Shown: in pieces, positions 19,826 to 28,537 of the stretch
Position numbering within the stretch: position 1 is the stretch's first letter
How the letters are laid out: each line of letters opens with the position of its first letter
Origin: Wigglesworthia glossinidia endosymbiont of Glossina brevipalpis
Lineage (GTDB): Bacteria > Pseudomonadota > Gammaproteobacteria > Enterobacterales > Enterobacteriaceae
Direction: 5' to 3'
DNA length: 32,000 bases
NCBI GenBank assembly: GCA_000008885.1
Contig: BA000021.3
Span: forward strand, 540,001-572,000
Made by a program: the position numbers and the translations under genes
Notes under the pieces: model-generated
Seen by the model: only the letters and a program-made list of their open reading frames with translations
The model's database searches: none
Told to the model about the DNA's origin: nothing

Positions 19826-21490
19826 TCAATCACTTTTAGTAGCAGCTTTAAACGCTTCAGTCATAACATTAGAAAAAGAATCTTCTATAGAATTGTTTTT
19901 CTTGTCATTTTTATTAGATTTTTTTTTATAATCATCAATTATAAATGATAAATTAATTGTACGATTTTTTCTATCAATTCCGATAATTTTTAATTTTAAT
20001 ATATTTGATATTTTAAAATTTTTTGTTATATTTTCTTCTTTTTTATCTGCAATATTTACATAACCTTCTACGAATGAATCTAATTTAATTACAAATTTGC
20101 TTTTTTCTATTATAGATATAGTTCCATCAACTATATCTCCTATTTTGTTATTTTTAACATAATAATTAAAAGGATCTTCAGATAATTGCTTAATACCCAA
20201 AGAAATTCTCTCTCTATCTGAATCTACTTGTAAAACCATAGCTGAAATTATATCTCCTTTTTTATATTCTTTAACAGCTTCTTCTCCTTGAATATTCCAA
20301 GATACATCTGATAAATGTACTAGTCCGTCTATTCCTCCTTCTAATCCGATAAAAATACCGAAATCAGTGATAGACTTAATTCTTCCTTGTACTTTATCTC
20401 CTTTTTTATTTAATTTAGAAAAATTTTTCCAAGGATTTGGTTTACATTGTTTCAATCCAAGAGAAATTCTTCTACGTTCTTCATCTATATCTAATACTAA
20501 TACATTAACTGTATCTCCTACATTTACTACTTTTGATGGATGAATATTTTTGTTTGTCCAATCCATTTCTGAAATGTGAACCAAACCTTCAACTCCTTCT
20601 TCTATTTCTACAAAACATCCATAATCTGTAAGATTTGTTACTTTACCTGATATTTTTACGTTTTCTGGATATCTTTTAGATATTTCTATCCATGGATCTT
20701 GTCCTAGTTGTTTTAAACCTAAAGATACACGTGTTTTTTCTTTGTCAAACTTTAAAATTTTAACAGTAATTTCGTCTCCTATACTAACTATTTCATTTGG
20801 ATGTTTTACTCTTTTCCAAGCCATATCTGTTATATGTAATAAACCGTCTACTCCTCCTAGATCTATAAATGCTCCATAATCAGTTAAATTTTTTACAACA
20901 CCAACCGCTTTAGATCCCTCTTGTAAAATTTTTAAAATATGATCACGTTCTGCGCTATTTTCAGACTCTATAACTGCTCTTCTAGAAACAACCACATTGT
21001 TTCTTTTTTGATCTAATTTAATAACTTTAAATTCAAGATCTTTTCCTTCTAAATGAATAGTATCTCTAATTGGTCTAATATCAACTAAAGATCCAGGGAG
21101 AAAAGCTCTAATTCCGTTAAGCTCTACAGTAAAACCTCCTTTAACTTTTCCGTTTATTATTCCATTAACTGTAATGGAATCTAAATGAGCTTTTTCTAAA
21201 TTAAGCCAAGCTTCTTTTCTTTTAGCTTTTTCTCTAGATAATATTGTTTCTCCAAACCCATCTTCTATTGCATCTAAAGTAACGTCTATTACGTCTCCTA
21301 CTTTAACCTCTAAATGTCCCTTATTGTTTAAAAATTGTTCGATAGGAACTGCAGATTCTGATTTTAATCCTGCATCTACTAATACTATGTCTTTTAAAAT
21401 TGCAATAACTGTTCCTTTTACTAAGGAGCCAGGACGAGTTTGAATTTTTTTTAATGATTCTTCAAAAAGTCGAGCAAAGGATTCTGTCAT
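19826..21490 (-). CDS. rpsA: 30S ribosomal protein S1
   Basis: 554 aa. [14 protein letters not shown]... is followed by six S1 repeats (e.g. [57 protein letters not shown]). It has the cmk-rpsA order. Confidence 0.98.
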   Translation of the reverse strand: MTESFARLFEESLKKIQTRPGSLVKGTVIAILKDIVLVDAGLKSESAVPIEQFLNNKGHLEVKVGDVIDVTLDAIEDGFGETILSREKAKRKEAWLNLEKAHLDSITVNGIINGKVKGGFTVELNGIRAFLPGSLVDIRPIRDTIHLEGKDLEFKVIKLDQKRNNVVVSRRAVIESENSAERDHILKILQEGSKAVGVVKNLTDYGAFIDLGGVDGLLHITDMAWKRVKHPNEIVSIGDEITVKILKFDKEKTRVSLGLKQLGQDPWIEISKRYPENVKISGKVTNLTDYGCFVEIEEGVEGLVHISEMDWTNKNIHPSKVVNVGDTVNVLVLDIDEERRRISLGLKQCKPNPWKNFSKLNKKGDKVQGRIKSITDFGIFIGLEGGIDGLVHLSDVSWNIQGEEAVKEYKKGDIISAMVLQVDSDRERISLGIKQLSEDPFNYYVKNNKIGDIVDGTISIIEKSKFVIKLDSFVEGYVNIADKKEENITKNFKISNILKLKIIGIDRKNRTINLSFIIDDYKKKSNKNDKKNNSIEDSFSNVMTEAFKAATKSD

Positions 21491-21557
21491 GTTAGATATT
21501 CTTCAAATATTATAATTAATTGATTAAGGTTTAAACATAAAATTTATTTTTTTTAAT

Positions 21558-22261
21558 TTAAATAAATATTTTTTTAATTTTTTTTACATAGTTAAATATT
21601 ATATCTATTACTTCTTCAGTTCTTAATAATGTAGAATCAATTATAAAAGATTGTGAATCTGGAATTAAAGGAGAAATAGATCTATTTATATCTAATTCGT
21701 CTCTTTTTTTCATATCATACATTATATTATTAAAATTAACATTAAAGCCTTTTTTCTGCAACTGTATAGTTCTGCGTATTGCTCTTTCTTTTATAGAAGC
21801 ATGAAGAAATATTTTTATTTCAGCCTCAGGAAATACAACAGATCCCATATCTCTTCCTTCTGCTATAAGCCCTGGAATTTTATAAAAATTTTTTTGAATT
21901 TTAATTAAAAATTTTCTTAAAATAGGAAACAGAGAAATTTTTGAAGCAATACAAACTATTTTTTCATCTAAAATTTCTAAAGTAACGTCTTTTCCATTAA
22001 GTATGGTATGCAATTTATTTTTTTTAATTTCAAATTTTACATTTAAACACTTGCAAAGTAATATTAAGTTCTTTTCATTAAATTTTAATTTACTATACTT
22101 ACTCCATAGCAAACTCAAAGATCTATATATAGCTCCTGAGTTTAAAATATTCCATTTAAAATTTTTTGCAATTATTTTTGAAATAGTGCTTTTCCCTGAC
22201 CCACTAGGTCCATCTATAGTTATTATATTTTTTTTTTTAATATTTTTATATTATTTATCAT
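21558..22261 (-). CDS. cmk: Cytidylate kinase. The P-loop N-terminus is in frame but has no ATG/GTG/TTG start. The nearest ATG (22261) is in the -1 frame, upstream of an A11 tract.
   Basis: The in-frame reading from 22250 is YKNIKKKNIITIDGPSGSGKSTISKIIAKNFKWNILNSGAIYRSLSLLWS... This is the Cmk P-loop ITIDGPSGSGKST, followed by GLIAEGRDMGSVVFPEAEIKIFLHASIKERAIRR. The track ORF (22118, TTG) lacks the P-loop and cannot be the true start. Alternative starts are ATT at 22241, or ATG at 22261 with one extra A in the tract. Confidence 0.85.
22228..22238 (-). repeat. Sense-strand poly(A) tract, 11 nt, between the only upstream ATG and the cmk P-loop
   Basis: The plus strand is T x11 at 22228-22238, counted directly. 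Confidence 0.95.
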
Positions 22262-22334
22262 ATATAATATTTTTAAACAATATTTGCTTGTAAAGTATAT
22301 AATAATAAAAAATTATTTATATATAATAATATGC

Positions 22335-23420
22335 TTATCCATAACGTTTTTCAAAATATTTCATAAAATTTGCTAATTTTTTTGCTCCTTTTATAGTCAT
22401 AGAATTATACATTGAAGCCCTTATTCCTCCAACAGCTCTATGTCCTTTCAAAAATAATAAACCGTTAATTTTAGATAATTTCAAAAAAAGATTATTTAAT
22501 TTTTTATTTGGAAGATAAAATATAATATTCATATATGAACGATATTCATCATATATATTGTTTTTGTAAAATTTACTTTTATCTATTATATCATATATTA
22601 ATTTAGATTTAATTTTATTGATATTGTTAATCTTTTTTACTCCTCCTTGATCTATTAGCCATTTTAATACTAATCCAGAAACATACCAATTAAAAGTAGG
22701 AGGTGTATTAAACAAAGAATTATTTTTATAAATTATTTCGTAATTCAAAATAGAAGGTGTAAATTTATTTTGTTTTAAAAAAATATTTTTTTTAAAAATC
22801 ATTATAGTCATTCCAGAAACACCAATATTCTTTTGAGAACTAGCATAAATAATATCAAATTTATTTACATCAATAGGCCTAGACAATATAGTAGAAGAAA
22901 AATCAGCTACAACAATTTTATTTTTAAATTTTGGAGTTTCATAAATAGCAGTTCCATTTATAGTTTCATTAGGGCAGTAATGCAAGTAAACGCTGTTTTT
23001 AGATATATTCCAGTTCTTCATAGGTAAAATTGACAATTTGTCTTTTTTTTCAATTACATCAATTATATTAACCGAACAATATTTTTTTGCCTCTATTGCG
23101 GCATACATACCCCAATATCCTGTATTTATATAATCTGCTAAATCAGAAAAATTATTGGTAAGATTCATGGGTATACCAGAAAATTGGGCACGCGCACCTC
23201 CTTGAAGCAATATTATATTATAATCGTTAGAAACTGATAATAAAAATTTTATATCGTTTTTAATATTTTCAATAACTTTTAGAAAGTTTTTGTTACGATG
23301 ACTAATTTCCATTACAGAAACATTAGTATTTTTCCAATTAAATAAATCGCGCTTTATTTTTTTTAATACTATTTTTGGCAACATTGATGGACCAGAACCA
23401 AAATTAAATATATCTTTCAT
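22335..23420 (-). CDS. serC: Phosphoserine aminotransferase SerC (also 3-phosphohydroxythreonine aminotransferase, PdxF)
   Basis: 361 aa. Motifs FNFGSGPSMLP, MEISHR, LLQGGARAQFSGIPMNL, PLP-lysine region YASSQKNIGVSGMTI, and GHRAVGGIRASMYNSM. Confidence 0.95.
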   Translation of the reverse strand: MKDIFNFGSGPSMLPKIVLKKIKRDLFNWKNTNVSVMEISHRNKNFLKVIENIKNDIKFLLSVSNDYNIILLQGGARAQFSGIPMNLTNNFSDLADYINTGYWGMYAAIEAKKYCSVNIIDVIEKKDKLSILPMKNWNISKNSVYLHYCPNETINGTAIYETPKFKNKIVVADFSSTILSRPIDVNKFDIIYASSQKNIGVSGMTIMIFKKNIFLKQNKFTPSILNYEIIYKNNSLFNTPPTFNWYVSGLVLKWLIDQGGVKKINNINKIKSKLIYDIIDKSKFYKNNIYDEYRSYMNIIFYLPNKKLNNLFLKLSKINGLLFLKGHRAVGGIRASMYNSMTIKGAKKLANFMKYFEKRYG

Positions 23421-23663
23421 ATTTGATATTTTTAATTATTTTGAAACATAAATGAAATAATATTTTATTGTTTAATTTGTTAATTAAAAACTTTTATTAA
23501 ATTTTAATATATATATGCAAAAATTTTTTTAAACATATATTATTATGATAAATATTTTATAATAATTATATAAAAAATAATTTTTAAAACAAATTTTTAT
23601 TTTAATAAATTAAAAATTTTTATAAAAATTAATAATATATAATAAATAACAGGGGAAATTATT

Positions 23664-24263
23664 ATGTTAGTCGCCAATAAATTTATTGATTTCACTGCTC
23701 CTGCCATACTCTCAAACGGAGAAATAGTACAAAATTTTAATTTATCAAATTACATAAAAAATAAAGTTTCCGTTTTATTTTTTTGGCCGATGAATTTTAC
23801 TTTTGTATGTCCATCGGAATTAATTGCTTTTGATAAACGTTTTTTTGAATTTAAAAATAGAAATGTTAAATTAGTGGGAGTGTCTTTAGACACTGTTTAT
23901 TCTCACCAAGCTTGGAGATCTACTAGTACTAAATTAGGAGGTATAGGAGAAGTAAGATATCCAATGGTATCTGATATTAAAAGAAATATTATGAAATCAT
24001 ATAATGTTGAACATCCAGAAATTGGAGTAGCTTTAAGAGCTTCTTTTTTAATAGATAAAGCTGGAATAGTTAGACATCAAATAATTAATGATTTACCTAT
24101 AGGAAGAGACATCAATGAAATGATAAGGGTTATTGATGCTTTGTTATTTCATGAAAAACATGGAGAGGTATGCCCTGCTCAATGGAAAAAAAATAGAGAA
24201 GGAATAGTTCCTTCTAGGGAAGGGATATCTCAATATTTGTCTGAAAACTTAAATGATTTATAA
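23664..24263 (+). CDS. ahpC: Typical 2-Cys peroxiredoxin (AhpC/TsaA, Prx1 type)
   Basis: 199 aa. The peroxidatic Cys motif is FFWPMNFTFVCPSELIAF. The resolving Cys motif is GEVCPAQWKK, with a long Prx1-like tail. A GGGGA Shine-Dalgarno lies upstream. Confidence 0.92.
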   Translation: MLVANKFIDFTAPAILSNGEIVQNFNLSNYIKNKVSVLFFWPMNFTFVCPSELIAFDKRFFEFKNRNVKLVGVSLDTVYSHQAWRSTSTKLGGIGEVRYPMVSDIKRNIMKSYNVEHPEIGVALRASFLIDKAGIVRHQIINDLPIGRDINEMIRVIDALLFHEKHGEVCPAQWKKNREGIVPSREGISQYLSENLNDL

Positions 24264-24278
24264 TAAAATTATATTACT

Positions 24279-24295
24279 GGGGCTTTATAAGCCCC
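24279..24295. terminator. GC-rich hairpin between convergent ahpC and brnQ, a candidate bidirectional intrinsic terminator
   Basis: GGGGCTT-TAT-AAGCCCC has a 7-bp stem (5 G:C pairs) and a 3-nt loop. It lies 16 nt after the ahpC stop and 12 nt after the brnQ stop. T-rich sequence follows a few nt downstream on the plus strand, and A-rich sequence lies upstream. Confidence 0.6.
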
Positions 24296-24306
24296 TAAAT
24301 TAATTT

Positions 24307-25626
24307 TTAAAAATTTTTATTTTTATATTTTTTTATAATTTTTAAAATATATCCAATTAATAATATTGTAAAAGTTGGTAAAACCCATCTCATGTTAAAA
24401 TCTGAAAAAGGCAATATATTGATAAATATAGGTATATATTTAGAGTAATAAGTTAAGTTAATTGAATCTAAAAACCCTATAAAAAAACTTATTAATACAG
24501 CTAAAATTGCTAAAAAATTAATTTTATTATTGTCTAATATTAAATTAGATATTATTAGCGTAATACAAGGAGGATAAATAATAGATAATACTGGAAGAGC
24601 AATAAACAATAATTGATTTAAGTTAAAATTAGAAATTAAGCTAGAAATTATGCTAATAAAAATAACTAAATAAATATTTTTTATATTAAAATATTGTTTT
24701 AAAAATTCTGCACAAGAACAAGTCAAACTTACTGCTGTTGAAAAACATGTTATAAAAATAGCAATTGAAAAGAATATATGCCCAAAATCTCCAAACATAT
24801 ATTTAATATATTTATTGAGTAAAATTAATCCATCTTCATGGTCAGGAAAAATAAATTTACTAATTATTCCAACTTTAAATAAAAGTATATATATTATAGA
24901 CAAAATAAAAGAAACAATTGTTCCAGTAATTATAATATATTTAGTAATTAGTTTTTTATCTTTTACTCCGCATAAATTAATAGATTTAACAATCATTAAT
25001 CCAAATACCATAGATCCAAGTATATCCATAGTCAAATACCCATGTAACAAACCATAAAAAAATTGATAAAAATTTGAAAAAATTTTTTCTGGATATATGC
25101 TTGAAATATATTTATCTGAAATAAATATAGAAGAAACGCATAAAATAATTAAAATTGTAATTTTAATAGGATTTAAAATTAAACCAATTATTTTTAATAA
25201 ATATTTTGGATTATAAGAAACAACAGATACAAAAAGAAAATAAAAAAAGTTATAAAAAATGTTTAAAGCAACTCCATTTCCAAAGAATGGAGCAAATACT
25301 ATTTCAAAAGATGCTATAGAAGTTCTAGGTATTGCAAATAAAGGACCTACCATAATGTGGCATAATGCAAATAAAATAAAACTTAATTTTTTACCAATTA
25401 TTTGACCTAGTATATTTTTTTTGACTTTTTTATCTTTTGATAAAGAAAATATAACTAGCATCGGAAAAATAACCGAAGTTATTAAAAATCCTATAATTGA
25501 TAAAAAAACATTGTTTGATTTTATAGAAACTATAATAGGAATTACTATATTGCTTATTCCTAAAAAAAATCCTAAAAGTAAAAAGCTTATTGATATAATA
25601 TTTTTATAACTTATTCTTTTAAACAT
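24307..25626 (-). CDS. brnQ: Branched-chain amino acid transport system II carrier BrnQ (LIVCS family)
   Basis: 439 aa polytopic membrane protein, the same length as E. coli BrnQ. Conserved blocks include GFFLGISNIVIP and MVGPLFAIPRTSIASFEIVFAPFFG (E. coli [25 protein letters not shown]). Confidence 0.88.
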   Translation of the reverse strand: MFKRISYKNIISISFLLLGFFLGISNIVIPIIVSIKSNNVFLSIIGFLITSVIFPMLVIFSLSKDKKVKKNILGQIIGKKLSFILFALCHIMVGPLFAIPRTSIASFEIVFAPFFGNGVALNIFYNFFYFLFVSVVSYNPKYLLKIIGLILNPIKITILIILCVSSIFISDKYISSIYPEKIFSNFYQFFYGLLHGYLTMDILGSMVFGLMIVKSINLCGVKDKKLITKYIIITGTIVSFILSIIYILLFKVGIISKFIFPDHEDGLILLNKYIKYMFGDFGHIFFSIAIFITCFSTAVSLTCSCAEFLKQYFNIKNIYLVIFISIISSLISNFNLNQLLFIALPVLSIIYPPCITLIISNLILDNNKINFLAILAVLISFFIGFLDSINLTYYSKYIPIFINILPFSDFNMRWVLPTFTILLIGYILKIIKKYKNKNF

Positions 25627-25683
25627 TTTTTACAAAAAATATAATTTTTATTATATTTAATATATAATATTTTTTTAAAAATA

Positions 25684-26973
25684 TTACTTAATTAATTTTA
25701 ATCCATCCATATAAGGTTGTAATATTTTGGGAACTTTAATATTACCTTCTTTAGTTTGATAATTTTCTATTATAGAAGCTAGAGTTCTGCTTATAGCTAA
25801 AGCAGATCCATTTAATATATGAGTTAAATGTATTTCTTTATTTGAAATTTTTCTATAACGAATTTTAGTTCTTCTAGATTGAAAATCACTTGTATTAGAA
25901 CAAGAAGATACTTCTATGTATTTATTTCTAGAAGGCATCCAAACTTCTAAATCATATGTTTTACAAGAAGAAAATCCAGTATCACCAGAACATAATAATA
26001 TTTTTCTATATGGTAAATCTAACAGCTGAAGTACACGTTCTGCATGATGAGTGATTTCTTCTAAAGCTTTTATAGAATTTTCTGGAGATACTATTTGTAC
26101 AATTTCTACTTTATCAAACTGATGCATACGTATCAAACCTTTAGTATCTTTTCCATAGGATCCTGCTTCTGATCTAAAACAAGGAGTATGAGAAGTCATT
26201 TTTATAGGCAAATAATTTTCATCAATAATTTCATTTCTCATTAAATTTGTTAGAGGAACTTCTGCTGTAGGTATTAGTGCATAACAACTTTGTATGTCCT
26301 CAAAAAATGATTTTGCATAAAAAAAATCATTATAAAATTTAGGTAGCTGACCAGTACCATATAGCATGTTTTTATTTACCAAATATGGTACATAATATTC
26401 TTCATATCCATGTTGATTTGTATGTAAATTTAGCATAAATTGGGACAAAGCTCGATGCATGTATGATATTTTATTTTTCATAACCACAAACCTACTACCA
26501 GATATTTTTGCGGATCTTGAAAAATCTAGATATTTAATTTTTTCTCCTATTTCTACGTGGCTTTTTATTTTAAAATTGTATATTTTTGGAGATCCCCATT
26601 TTTTCACTTCAATATTATTTTTTTGATCTTTTCCTATTGGAACTTTTTCGTCTAGAATATTTGGAATTGTAGATAAATAATTGTCAATTTCTTTTTTTAT
26701 TTTTTTTAATTTTTGTTTTTTTTCATTTAATAAAATATTAATTTTATTAGATTTATTTTTATAAATATCAATATTTTTATTATTAATTTTTATTTTACTT
26801 ATTATTTTAGATTGTAAATTGCGTTTATTTTGTAATTTTTCTACTTCTATTTGTAATATTTTTCTTTTTTGATCTTGAAGCAATATTTTTTTTTTATCTA
26901 AATAAAAATTTCTCAAAATCAATTTTTTACAAACTTCTTCTATATTTTTTATTATTAGTTTATGATCTATCAT
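25684..26973 (-). CDS. serS: Seryl-tRNA synthetase
   Basis: 429 aa. It has an N-terminal coiled-coil arm. Class II motifs include IPTAEVPLTN, CFRSEAGSYGKDTKGLIRMHQFDKVE and NGSALAISRTLASIIENYQ. Confidence 0.97.
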   Translation of the reverse strand: MIDHKLIIKNIEEVCKKLILRNFYLDKKKILLQDQKRKILQIEVEKLQNKRNLQSKIISKIKINNKNIDIYKNKSNKINILLNEKKQKLKKIKKEIDNYLSTIPNILDEKVPIGKDQKNNIEVKKWGSPKIYNFKIKSHVEIGEKIKYLDFSRSAKISGSRFVVMKNKISYMHRALSQFMLNLHTNQHGYEEYYVPYLVNKNMLYGTGQLPKFYNDFFYAKSFFEDIQSCYALIPTAEVPLTNLMRNEIIDENYLPIKMTSHTPCFRSEAGSYGKDTKGLIRMHQFDKVEIVQIVSPENSIKALEEITHHAERVLQLLDLPYRKILLCSGDTGFSSCKTYDLEVWMPSRNKYIEVSSCSNTSDFQSRRTKIRYRKISNKEIHLTHILNGSALAISRTLASIIENYQTKEGNIKVPKILQPYMDGLKLIK

Positions 26974-27054
26974 TTTTTTAAAAAAATTAAAATATTTTTG
27001 TAATTTTAATATATTTAAATATAATTTAAAGTTTAAAAAACTATTTTTTTAGTT

Positions 27055-27675
27055 CTATCTTTGGTCATCTATATATGCTCCTTTAGGTATTTTAAAGTTA
27101 AAATTAAAATCTGAAGATATAATAGTTTTTTTTATATTGAAAGTATAATAGGTTTTATAATTTGTATTACTTAATATAATTAAGTTTTTCAAAATTCCTT
27201 TTTTATCAATTATAATTGTAATTTTTCTAAAACTAGAATTTAGTTTTTTTGAATAAATATAAAATGTATCATTTATATTTTTTATATTGAAATTTTCCCA
27301 ACTATTTTTATTGTTTTTAATTATTAAATATAATGGAGAATCAGATATAATATTTTTAATCCAATTTATGGTAACTTGATTAGTTTCAGAATCATACAAC
27401 CATAAAGTATTTCCATCAGATGATGCAATATTTTCATATGGAGAAAATAAAATTGATTTAAATAAATTTGGTTTTTTTATCCAAATTTCTCCTTTGCTTT
27501 CTTGAACAATATCACCAGAAGAACTTGTTACTTTTTGTCTGACAGTAGAATAAAAACTATTAATTAAATTTAATCTTTCAGACAAAATACCAGAACTATC
27601 CGAAATGCTTGAAAAAGCATATAAGTACAGGCTAAACAAAATAAATTTAGGTAATTTTTTTATTAAATAAAACAT
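27055..27675 (-). CDS. lolA: Outer-membrane lipoprotein carrier protein LolA
   Basis: 206 aa. It has a signal peptide and is collinear with E. coli LolA (F.Q.V....G..VQE..G.LW.KRPNLF ... SDG.TLW.Y ... F.F..P.G..VDDQR). It has the ftsK-lolA-serS order. Confidence 0.9.
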   Translation of the reverse strand: MFYLIKKLPKFILFSLYLYAFSSISDSSGILSERLNLINSFYSTVRQKVTSSSGDIVQESKGEIWIKKPNLFKSILFSPYENIASSDGNTLWLYDSETNQVTINWIKNIISDSPLYLIIKNNKNSWENFNIKNINDTFYIYSKKLNSSFRKITIIIDKKGILKNLIILSNTNYKTYYTFNIKKTIISSDFNFNFKIPKGAYIDDQR

Positions 27676-27752
27676 TATATTTGAATTTTAATTAAATTTT
27701 AAAAAAATTATTTATATTATAAATAATAACATACATTATATATTTTTTATAA

Positions 27753-28247
27753 TTAAAAAAATGTTAACAAAAAAGATATTAATATACAAATAAAAACTAA
27801 AAAATAAAAAATATATAATTTATTATTTATTAATTGATACATAACATTATTTAATATATTTCCAATAATACCACCAAAATATATTCCACTGTAATTATCA
27901 TCAAACAAGAAAGATAAAAAACAACAACAAAATAAAATTAATAAAAACATATGAATTATTTTATATGATAATTTTATTAAGTTAATTTTTTTTTTTGTAT
28001 AAAAACAACAATCTAAAAAAAAAGATAAAAAAAATAAAGGAATAAAATAAGTCATTTTCCCAATCATAATAAACAATGTTCCTGATATATATGCTCCGTA
28101 CTTACCTCCAAAATTAAATATATAGTCGTTAGATGATGTTTTTAATAAATTTGGATCATCTTCATTAAAAGATATAATAGAAATTAATAAATACAAAGTT
28201 ATTATGAAAACAAGAAATACTTTTTTTTTATTATATTCATTTAACAT
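27753..28247 (-). CDS. ftsK: FtsK N-terminal membrane (division-septum targeting) domain only. The linker and C-terminal DNA-translocase motor are absent.
   Basis: 164 aa aligning with E. coli FtsK residues of about 20-185. Paired blocks are ISFNEDDPNLL / LSFNPSDPSW, NFGGKYGAYISGTLFIMIGKMTYFIP / [26 protein letters not shown], and FGGIIGNIL / SGGVIGSLL. It sits at the syntenic position (trxB-[lrp]-ftsK-lolA). Only 77 bp separate its stop from the lolA start. Confidence 0.75.
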   Translation of the reverse strand: MLNEYNKKKVFLVFIITLYLLISIISFNEDDPNLLKTSSNDYIFNFGGKYGAYISGTLFIMIGKMTYFIPLFFLSFFLDCCFYTKKKINLIKLSYKIIHMFLLILFCCCFLSFLFDDNYSGIYFGGIIGNILNNVMYQLINNKLYIFYFLVFICILISFLLTFF

Positions 28248-28537
28248 GATATGAATTCTTTAATAAAAGAAATAAATAATAAGTTTTATATAAAATATAA
28301 ATTTATAAAATTTTTTATTTATTTTAATAAATAAAATAATAAAAAAATGTATAATAAATCAAATTTTTATAAAAAAATTTATTTTACAATTTTTAAGTTT
28401 AATATTTAAAATATTCTATAAATATTAATTTTTGTTAACATATAATAATTATATTTCAATTTTATGATAATATAAGTTCTGTTTTAATAAATATTAAATA
28501 ATCGAGATATATATAAATTAAATATTTTGAAAAATAA

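Noticed and set aside
21558-22118. The 186-aa track version of cmk, starting at the TTG at 22118.
   Set aside because: It would lack the Walker-A P-loop (GPSGSGKST). That motif is encoded in the same frame immediately upstream, so the real N-terminus must lie at or above 22241.
22223-22261. The 12-codon ORF MINNIKILKKKI as a stand-alone leader peptide or attenuator for cmk.
   Set aside because: I cannot exclude it. However, there is no associated terminator or antiterminator structure. Its frame relation to cmk, across an A11 tract and with the same shift as tamB, is explained more economically by slippage or a homopolymer error.
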